IMG/VR virus record: IMGVR_UViG_3300040771_000047
Span: 593-64,592 of that record
Reading direction: 5' to 3' (one strand)
DNA length: 64,000 nucleotides
From: a virus
The first letter of the stretch is position 1; each line of letters opens with the position of its first letter. A program made the translations under genes and the position numbers. The notes under the pieces were generated by a model, which was not told where the DNA came from, made no database searches, and saw only the letters and a list, made by a program, of their open reading frames with translations. Shown one piece after another: positions 28,543 through 35,518 of the stretch.

Positions 28543-28794
28543 ATGAACCTAAAAATAGATACAGCAGTAATCTACAGCAATGATGAAATCCTTGATGTAG
28601 TACATGGTAAAGCAGAAGGTTTATTTAGAACTTTAACAGACCATTATAGTTGGGAAACTATACTGGAAAGTTTATATGAATCTGAAACTGTACTAAAGAA
28701 CTTAGAAGAGTTAGAAGACGCACAGTCCAGTGGTAAGCTGGACTCTTGCTCATACATTGTTAAAATATTTAGAGGAAAGACCTATAAATACTAA
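28543..28794 (+). CDS. Hypothetical protein
   Basis: 83 aa ORF in operon. Confidence 0.55.
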   Translation: MNLKIDTAVIYSNDEILDVVHGKAEGLFRTLTDHYSWETILESLYESETVLKNLEELEDAQSSGKLDSCSYIVKIFRGKTYKY

Positions 28795-28883
28795 TTAAAT
28801 GCAAAATTAAGATGAAAAATCAAAATCAAATTCAGTTGGGAATTTTACAATTCCTACAGGGTATTTTCTTATTCTAAGAACCT

Positions 28884-29216
28884 ATGGAAACAAACTTAGA
28901 TGAGATACCTGAAGTGCCTCAAAATGAACAAACTTCTCAAGAACAAAATGACTCAGATGGTACAAGCCATAGAAAGACATTAAGAGAAGCGAGGTTAGAA
29001 AAGTTTGAAGAAGGAGATTACATACTAAAATTAGAAGAAATGAACTATTTAGTCATTCCTTTTGATGGGAGTAAACTTGTAATTGACACTCAAACAGAAG
29101 AATATGGTGTTATTGACTACTTTCCTAAAGCTAATAAAGTACTTATTAGAAAGGAAAACAGTTGGAAACCTCATGGACTTAAATGGATGTTGGATAACTT
29201 ATTTAAAACAGAATAA
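28884..29216 (+). CDS. Hypothetical protein
   Basis: 110 aa; C-terminal YGVIDYFPKANKVLIRK..W..GLKW beta-rich domain. Confidence 0.6.
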   Translation: METNLDEIPEVPQNEQTSQEQNDSDGTSHRKTLREARLEKFEEGDYILKLEEMNYLVIPFDGSKLVIDTQTEEYGVIDYFPKANKVLIRKENSWKPHGLKWMLDNLFKTE

Positions 29217-29437
29217 TGGGTAGACATTATGTAACATTTGGACAGTCACACACTCACAGGGCAAATGGTAAAACATTTGACTGTGATTGCGTAGCTGTAA
29301 TAGAAGCAGAGACATTTGAAGAGGGTAGAGAAAAAGCTTTTGAAGCTTTTGGATCTGTATTTGCAACAAGTTATCAAGATTCCCAATGGGATGAAAAAGA
29401 TATGAAATATTTCCCTAGAGGATATTTAGAATTATAA
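29216..29437 (+). CDS. Hypothetical protein
   Basis: 73 aa, coupled (TAATG) to previous gene. Confidence 0.6.
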   Translation: MGRHYVTFGQSHTHRANGKTFDCDCVAVIEAETFEEGREKAFEAFGSVFATSYQDSQWDEKDMKYFPRGYLEL

Positions 29438-29463
29438 ACAAATTTAATACCAAAAATAATCTT

Positions 29464-29967
29464 ATGAAAGCATTTAAAATCAACTCTAAAGCAGCTTTAG
29501 CTGTAATTACTACAGCATTATCTCTTACTTTAAGTCCTAGTGCAAAACCTAAGAAAAGGGTTAAAATAATAAAACAGCTTCAACTATTAATGTTTCTTAA
29601 TAATAAGAAATATAATGTACATGTTTTGGAATCAGATAGCTTTGTGTATAGAGGTATAGCACATATTAAATCTATTGAAGTAGAAGGAGATGTACAGTTC
29701 ATAGAAGAGCTTGAAGTTGAAGTAAAAGAAGAATCACATGAAGTTTCTCAACATTTTTCAGCATTTGTAAAAGAGATTCTTAAAACAAAAGGAGGGTTAC
29801 GCCAAGGGGAAACAGCTCAAGAACTCTTAAATAGGGTATTAGTTGAAAATAGAAGAGGTTCTTCAGATAGTGATAAACCTGAATCATCTAAAAGTCCTTG
29901 TGATTGTCAAGCTTGTACTTCTATTAGAAAGATGAAGAAGGCAAATAAACTACAAAAGAAAAAGTAA
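29464..29967 (+). CDS. Hypothetical protein with C-terminal CDCQAC
   Basis: 167 aa ORF. Confidence 0.55.
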   Translation: MKAFKINSKAALAVITTALSLTLSPSAKPKKRVKIIKQLQLLMFLNNKKYNVHVLESDSFVYRGIAHIKSIEVEGDVQFIEELEVEVKEESHEVSQHFSAFVKEILKTKGGLRQGETAQELLNRVLVENRRGSSDSDKPESSKSPCDCQACTSIRKMKKANKLQKKK

Positions 29968-29979
29968 CCAAAAAGAAAA

Positions 29980-30070
29980 CTCTATAGTTATCCTCTTTCC
30001 TTTAAGGGAGGAGGTTATCCTGAATACCGATGGTATGCGAGGGCAAACTCTTTGCACAAAGTTATAGAGA
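29980..30070 (+). ncRNA. Candidate four-way-junction RNA element
   Basis: Closing stem CTCTATAG/TTATAGAG enclosing three hairpins. Confidence 0.4.
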
Positions 30071-30163
30071 ATTTTTGAGAGTTGCAATTAAATACATGTT
30101 AGAAAAGAAAAACTTATAAACAAAAAATAAGTTTTTCTTTTTCTTTGTTATAAAACCTCATCT

Positions 30164-30180
30164 CAAAACCCTCACTTATT
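30164..30180 (+). promoter_or_regulatory. Seventh copy of the 17-bp motif (CAAAACCCTCACTTATT)
   Basis: Identical to the 24570 copy; follows a terminator-like hairpin, precedes the 30284 ORF. Confidence 0.7.
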
Positions 30181-30283
30181 TGGAGCTAGTATTAGTGTGG
30201 TTTATTTGCTACATAAGCACTAATGCGTATAATACAATTACATTTCGATAATTAACTTAATCCAATCTTAAATTTATCTAACC

Positions 30284-30484
30284 ATGTTAAACAACACAAC
30301 CAAATCAAAAAGAACAAGAATTATTACTGGCAAATTTGTAGCATCTTCTAACCATTTAAAGAACATAATGGGAAAAAGATTAGATGTATCTGTAAAATAT
30401 GTCCAGTCAGGCTTTAGTAATAGAATTATTTCTATAAACGCTATAGGAATAAGAGAGTATAATTATCCAGCTTACTTAAATTAA
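30284..30484 (+). CDS. Hypothetical basic protein
   Basis: 66 aa downstream of the motif. Confidence 0.5.
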   Translation: MLNNTTKSKRTRIITGKFVASSNHLKNIMGKRLDVSVKYVQSGFSNRIISINAIGIREYNYPAYLN

Positions 30485-30489
30485 AGATT

Positions 30490-30735
30490 ATGTGGAAAAA
30501 TTTTAGAGTGTGGCTATTTAACTTAGTCAACCCACCTGTAGAAGAATACCAAATAGATGAAGCAAAGAAATTGCTTACTACAATAACATCTAGGTATTCT
30601 ATTGAAGAACAAAGTGATATAGTTCACAAATTAAAACAAGAACTTGTTGCTTTTAGAGAGCAAGAAGTAGATGCAACTATAAAGCATCTTGTTAGATTAG
30701 AAGCTAACCTTTCTGAATTGAAAAAACAAATTTAG
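30490..30735 (+). CDS. Hypothetical coiled-coil protein
   Basis: 81 aa, heptad pattern. Confidence 0.55.
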   Translation: MWKNFRVWLFNLVNPPVEEYQIDEAKKLLTTITSRYSIEEQSDIVHKLKQELVAFREQEVDATIKHLVRLEANLSELKKQI

Positions 30736-30763
30736 ATTGGACTAGGTTTAACGGGGGGAGTAT

Positions 30764-30810
30764 AGAGGAAAAGTCAGTCTCATGGAGCATTTTCCTCTTC
30801 TCTTTTCTTT
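30764..30810 (+). terminator. Intrinsic terminator
   Basis: AGAGGAAAA/TTTTCCTCT stem then pyrimidine run. Confidence 0.5.
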
Positions 30811-30867
30811 AAATGTACAATTTAAATAAAATTACTAGGGCTCAATATTGAACTGTAAAAACAGATG

Positions 30868-30897
30868 TTTGGCAGGTCCTATTTTTTACTATATTTG
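30868..30897 (+). promoter_or_regulatory. Full Bacteroidota sigma70-type promoter (TTTG -33, TATATTTG -7)
   Basis: TTTG 30868-71, 18-nt spacer, TATATTTG 30890-97. Confidence 0.7.
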
Positions 30898-30921
30898 TAA
30901 AACCATTAAAACCAAAATAAT

Positions 30922-31047
30922 ATGAAAAAGATTTTATTTGTATTTGTATTGGCTTTCAGTTTGTTTTCCTTTGTTGGAAATAGAGACTATGTGAAGCCTA
31001 TTGTTGCTCAAGAAACTGTATTTGTAATTTCTACTAACTTTCCCTAA
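30922..31047 (+). CDS. Small secreted/membrane peptide (41 aa), possible +1 frameshift extension to 31231
   Basis: MKKILFVFVLAFSLFSF signal-like N-terminus; ends TTT CCC TAA. Confidence 0.55.
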   Translation: MKKILFVFVLAFSLFSFVGNRDYVKPIVAQETVFVISTNFP

Positions 31048-31219
31048 AACTACTGTAAAAAGTAAAAGAAAGAGAAGAAGAGTACAACAGATTAACATTA
31101 CTGCTTTTATTAAGTGTTTAGACTATCAAGGAATTATAATATCTTGCGGCAGAGTAGACTTAAAATCTATATTCACTTTAAGAAATTATAAAACACCGTT
31201 TAGGATAATACATAAAAAC

Positions 31220-31255
31220 AAAAACCTCTAACTTACAATTATGTTAGAGGTTTTT
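31220..31255 (+). terminator. Terminator-like hairpin immediately upstream of tmRNA
   Basis: AAAAACCTCTAAC/GTTAGAGGTTTTT perfect 13-bp stem. Confidence 0.6.
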
Positions 31256-31263
31256 ATATTACT

Positions 31264-31682
31264 GGGGATGACTGGTATTGATTGCTCATACAATGTTACA
31301 TAATTCAGCACAGAGAGATAACTGTTTAAAACTAAGGTGAACTCAAGTAATTGACAAACAAAACAATAATGCCCAAGTACAAGCTAATATGAATGTAGTT
31401 CATAACATCTTAAATGGTGGAATATCTGTATCTGTTGATACAGAAGAACTAGCTGTGGCTGCCTAACCAAAGAATAGGTGATTACCTCAAATTTAGTATT
31501 GAGCTTAAATTTTACTATTACACAGTTTGCTAGTATGACAAACTAGATGGTGGAAGTTAACTAGATCAGGAAATTCCTGGCAGTTGGCCCTTGTCTAACT
31601 TAAAGACTTTAAATAAAAGTAAGCTGTAAAAAATTGTGTAATAAAAATGAGTAAGACCCGGGTTCGACTCCCGGCATCTCCA
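31264..31682 (+). ncRNA. ssrA: Transfer-messenger RNA (tmRNA)
   Basis: Acceptor stem GGGGATG/CATCTCC with G3-U70 Ala determinant and A73; T arm CCGGG-TTCGACT-CCCGG; internal tag frame ending ...EELAVAA-TAA (31464-66); CCA not fully encoded. Confidence 0.92.
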
Positions 31683-31689
31683 CAATATG

Positions 31690-31865
31690 ATTACCCAGCA
31701 CTTAAATAAAGAATGCAGGCACAATTTGCTAACCTGTAGTGAATAAACAGTGTCTTTAACAGGCTACCGGATAGCAAGAAATCCAAAGGGCAAAGAAGGT
31801 ACTCAAGACATGTGAGCATTGCAAGGCAATATCATTGAGGGTACTGGTCAAAGTGGGGTTACTAT
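31690..31865 (+). ncRNA. Candidate structured RNA between tmRNA and tRNA
   Basis: ORF-free, locally GC-richer, several stems and a possible loop-loop pairing (TGTCTT 31751-56 with AAGACA 31805-10). Confidence 0.45.
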
Positions 31866-32053
31866 TAAGAAAAATGGAAATGTTCTTATTTTTAACGTAA
31901 ATATAGAGTTGGCACTCTAGTAAATTATCATGTATAACTAAAACTTTTACATTGTAAATTCAGAAGTTTATTTAAAGTGCTCTTTTGTTTATGTTATTAT
32001 ACTTGTTGCAAAGTAAAAGAATGTACAGGTTTGACCATTATCCTGTACAAATT

Positions 32054-32128
32054 GGAGAAGTAGCTCAGTTGGTTAGAGCGTGGGTATGGATATGCCTGAA
32101 GTCATAGGTTCAAATCCTATCTTCTCCA
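32054..32128 (+). tRNA. tRNA with non-canonical 8-nt anticodon loop (AUGGAUAU); Ile(GAU)-like with one extra G, identity undetermined
   Basis: Acceptor GGAGAAG/CTTCTCC + A73, D arm GCTC/GAGC, T arm ATAGG-TTCAAAT-CCTAT, 5-nt variable loop; anticodon arm is 18 nt instead of 17. Confidence 0.85.
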
Positions 32129-32179
32129 CACAAATTGCGAACTAAACAAGAACAGTCAACCCTCAAGTACTTAAAAACA

Positions 32180-32436
32180 TAGTTATTAACTTTGTAACAG
32201 TCAATAGGTAATGCTAAGGTACGTTTATGCAGCTTTGGGGGCAGTAAATAGCAGTAAAATTCAGTAGCTATTTAATTATACTGATTAGTTTACATACTCC
32301 TAGGAGTTACTGTAATCAAAAAAGCTGTCTTTTTGAAATAAGTTACTCGGTAACTTTAAGTTAATAAAAAGCATAGAATGACTAAATCAAAGGAGAAATA
32401 GTAAGCAGGTTTTTATGCTTTCTTGTATTACTATTA
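32180..32436 (+). ncRNA. Candidate structured RNA downstream of the tRNA
   Basis: 10-bp closing stem TTATTAACTT/AAGTTAATAA, nested CAGCTTT/AAAGCTG and GCAGTAA/TTACTGT, then an H-type pseudoknot-compatible pair of 8-bp stems. Confidence 0.45.
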
Positions 32437-32463
32437 TCTAAAAATCATTTAAATTAAATCATT

Positions 32464-33126
32464 ATGGAATCAAATGCAAAAGTTGCTGTTGCAACTCAAG
32501 AAGGGGTAAGAAAAGAAGAAACTTTTCACCCAATTGTAATTAGTAGGCTTTATGTTTCTCCTTATCAAAAAGAAGGAACAAGAACTGTTGAGTTAAAACA
32601 GACTGTAGGAACTAAAACTTTCTATCCTTCAAAGACTGTAACCAGCAACCTTCAAGATAATCCTTTTAATACAGAGGAATTTGGCTTTGAAGAGACAGAG
32701 TACGAAACAGACTCAGTAAGAGTTGCTTGGGTAGATGTACCTGTTAAGTTATCTGATGCAGTTGTTATTGCTAAATTAAAAAGCATTACTTCTGCTAGAC
32801 TTTACAGAATTTTATCTAACCACCCTATTCTTTCTGACAGACAGGAGTATACTATTGAAAACCCTATTCCAGGAGCAGATATTACTCTTACTTTAGAGAG
32901 TATTGCGGACAGACAAGCTATTAGATACCCTAAGAACCATGCTACTGATGCAGGGTTATTAATTATGGATGGTAATGGTAAACCACAGTACAAAGCTATT
33001 TTCTTTAGTAAAACTGCTAAAGAAGACATTGACAGAAGAAATGAAGTATCTGATGATTTTTATTCTACGTCAGCTATGAGAGAAGAAATGACAGGAGTTA
33101 TTTCTCAATCAATTACTTCTTTGTAA
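32464..33126 (+). CDS. Hypothetical protein heading the replication module (possibly nucleic-acid binding)
   Basis: 220 aa, strong codon bias, own terminator. Confidence 0.65.
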   Translation: MESNAKVAVATQEGVRKEETFHPIVISRLYVSPYQKEGTRTVELKQTVGTKTFYPSKTVTSNLQDNPFNTEEFGFEETEYETDSVRVAWVDVPVKLSDAVVIAKLKSITSARLYRILSNHPILSDRQEYTIENPIPGADITLTLESIADRQAIRYPKNHATDAGLLIMDGNGKPQYKAIFFSKTAKEDIDRRNEVSDDFYSTSAMREEMTGVISQSITSL

Positions 33127-33131
33127 CATTA

Positions 33132-33172
33132 AGATTGAGAGTAGGGATTTTTCCTTACTCTCTATCTTTTTT
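33132..33172 (+). terminator. Intrinsic terminator
   Basis: GAGAGTAGGGA/TCCTTACTCTC stem then TATCTTTTTT. Confidence 0.7.
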
Positions 33173-33203
33173 GATTTAGAAATATTGTAAATAAATTATA
33201 AAC

Positions 33204-34595
33204 ATGGAATTAAAACAAGGGCAAGCAAGAGGTCTTGAAGAAAGTCTTGAGATTTTAGAAACTGAGAAAAGACTAGTTGTTAGAGGTAGTGCAGGTACAG
33301 GTAAAACATCTATGGTTGATGCTTTAATTGATGCTGCTATAATTAAGTTTGGCATCAGAGGGACAATTGTATGTTCAGCTCCTACTCATAAAGCTTTAGC
33401 TATACTGTCAGGTAAAATACACAATAAAAAAGTAGTTTTTTCTACCATTCATTCTGTATTAAAGTACCAGAAAAAGACTGATAGACTTACTGGAGATGAG
33501 TCTTTTGCTCCTTCTTTTAGTCCTAAGTATCCTCCAATGCAAGGTTTTGGTCTACTACTAATTGATGAAGCATCTATGATAGGTCTGGAAATGCAAAGTT
33601 TTATTGAAATGTATGCTGGTATTAGATGTATTGTTATTTTTGTAGGAGATGATAAACAATTAAATCCTGTAGGAGAAGAGGACAGTCCTGTATTTATAGG
33701 TAAACCTACTTTGTATGACAAATTAGAGCAAATTTCTGATGAAACAGTTAAGCCTTACTTCTATGAGAAACTAGGTAAGTGGGTAACTTTCAAACCTTAC
33801 CCTCAAGTTGAATTAACTGAGATTATCAGGCAAGGGGAAGGTAATCCAATTATTACTTTAAGTAGAAATATTAGTCTAATTAAAGAAGGTATTAAAGATG
33901 TTAATCAAGAGGGTCAAGGATTTTTGTATACAGAAAACTATGCTAAAATCATTGAAGAACTTGCTGCTGTTAATGGTACAGATGAGTGGAAATATTTAGC
34001 TTGGACCAACTCTGAGATAGATAGAGTAAACCTGGAAGTTAGAAGGAGAATATACGGAGCCGAGCCAGCCAAAGTTGAATTAGGTGAGAGTATTATTTTT
34101 GATGCACCTTGTGGAAACTTTACAACTAATCAAGAATTAAAAATTGAAAAATTAGACATAGATTATGTTGATTTTGACCAAGTTGTAGAAAATACAGGAA
34201 GGCAAACTGTTAAAAAGAAGATTAAATTAAAGTGTTATATCATTAATGGTAGAAAGACTGATGACTGGGGAGATGGTATAATGAGATGGAAAGGAACTTT
34301 TATAATACATGAAAGTGCTGAGAACAATTTAAAACATTTTGTATATTTGCTATCCAATAATTGTAGAAATAGATTATTGGACTATGTAACTAAAAATGAA
34401 TTTGTAAATAGTTTTGCAAAATTTAAATACAATCACGCTATTACAGTACATAAAAGCCAGGGTTCCACTTATAAAAATACTATTATTAATGTTAAGAATA
34501 TTGGACTTAACTCTAATTTACAAGAGAAAGAAAGATTATTTTATACAGGAATAACTAGGGCGAGTGATTTATTAATAATATATAACCTAAATTAA
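33204..34595 (+). CDS. SF1B (Dda/RecD-like) DNA helicase
   Basis: GSAGTGKTS, SAPTHKA, IDEASMI, VGDDKQLNPV, ITVHKSQGST, YTGITRA. Confidence 0.9.
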   Translation: MELKQGQARGLEESLEILETEKRLVVRGSAGTGKTSMVDALIDAAIIKFGIRGTIVCSAPTHKALAILSGKIHNKKVVFSTIHSVLKYQKKTDRLTGDESFAPSFSPKYPPMQGFGLLLIDEASMIGLEMQSFIEMYAGIRCIVIFVGDDKQLNPVGEEDSPVFIGKPTLYDKLEQISDETVKPYFYEKLGKWVTFKPYPQVELTEIIRQGEGNPIITLSRNISLIKEGIKDVNQEGQGFLYTENYAKIIEELAAVNGTDEWKYLAWTNSEIDRVNLEVRRRIYGAEPAKVELGESIIFDAPCGNFTTNQELKIEKLDIDYVDFDQVVENTGRQTVKKKIKLKCYIINGRKTDDWGDGIMRWKGTFIIHESAENNLKHFVYLLSNNCRNRLLDYVTKNEFVNSFAKFKYNHAITVHKSQGSTYKNTIINVKNIGLNSNLQEKERLFYTGITRASDLLIIYNLN

Positions 34596-34596
34596 A

Positions 34597-34893
34597 ATGG
34601 CAGGACACAAACAAATGACTCTTTTAAGAGGAGTTTTGACAGCAATGACTACTCCTTTAGAGATCACTAAGGAGAATGGGTCTAAGATGACCAGAAGTGT
34701 ATTAACTATTGAAACTGTAGATGGGCAAAAAGGTTTCTTTGAAGCTAGAGCTCAAACTATAGAGAGAATTGACAAACTTTCAATTGAAGTAGGGAATAAT
34801 GTACTAGTTGGGTATGTGTTTATTGGTTCTGAGAAGAATGATAAACTCTACAATAACTTGTTTATTAATTCTATTTCACATGATGAAAGGTAA
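34597..34893 (+). CDS. OB-fold ssDNA-binding-like protein (DUF3127-like)
   Basis: 98 aa all-beta pattern ending GSEKNDKLYNNLFI. Confidence 0.55.
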   Translation: MAGHKQMTLLRGVLTAMTTPLEITKENGSKMTRSVLTIETVDGQKGFFEARAQTIERIDKLSIEVGNNVLVGYVFIGSEKNDKLYNNLFINSISHDER

Positions 34894-35290
34894 ATTAACT
34901 TCACAAGAACTTAGTGATGTGATGATGCAAAGTGTTGCTCTTAGTACTATTTTAGCTGAAAAGTTTGAAATTATGACAGAGAACAATCTTGTTATTCATA
35001 AAGCTAAGCAAAGTTTAAAGACTACTACAGGTTTTCTCAATAATTATGTAGACAAAGTTTTCCAAGTTGATGATGCAGAATCTGAAGAGGGCCAGCACAT
35101 GAAAACAGGAGCTAGTCACATAGCAGAACTTACTAATAGAATAGAAACTTCTTTAACTACAGAGAATCTTTTATCTATTAGTGATAGAAAAACTTTGTTA
35201 CTAAAGATTGTAGATAATACATTATTAGAAGCTACAGATAAACACTTGTTGTATGAGCAAATTAGAGATTCAGGAATTATAGACTACTAA
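34880..35290 (+). CDS. Hypothetical helical protein
   Basis: ATG 34880 overlapping the previous stop is preferred over 34808. Confidence 0.55.
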   Translation: MMKGKLTSQELSDVMMQSVALSTILAEKFEIMTENNLVIHKAKQSLKTTTGFLNNYVDKVFQVDDAESEEGQHMKTGASHIAELTNRIETSLTTENLLSISDRKTLLLKIVDNTLLEATDKHLLYEQIRDSGIIDY

Positions 35291-35294
35291 AATT

Positions 35295-35516
35295 ATGGCA
35301 CAACTAGAAATTTTCATTGGCTACATGGGGTTAATTCCTCAGTATCATATAATTAACTACCCTGAATTTAAAATTCCAAGAGACATAAAGGCTAAAACCC
35401 ATTTTGTAGAATCTGATAATAAACCTGCTAGACTTAGAAGTAACTTACTTAAGCACCATAATAAATCTAACAAGACGTCTACTAATTATGAAGGTACAGG
35501 TTTAAACAAAAGATAA
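35295..35516 (+). CDS. Hypothetical protein
   Basis: 73 aa, tightly spaced. Confidence 0.45.
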   Translation: MAQLEIFIGYMGLIPQYHIINYPEFKIPRDIKAKTHFVESDNKPARLRSNLLKHHNKSNKTSTNYEGTGLNKR

Positions 35517-35518
35517 TT

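Noticed and set aside
31683-32180. HDV-like theta ribozymes at the 3' ends of the tmRNA and tRNA
   Set aside because: Neither trailer starts with the G-initiated nested double-pseudoknot pattern; no P1/P3/L3 arrangement found by eye.
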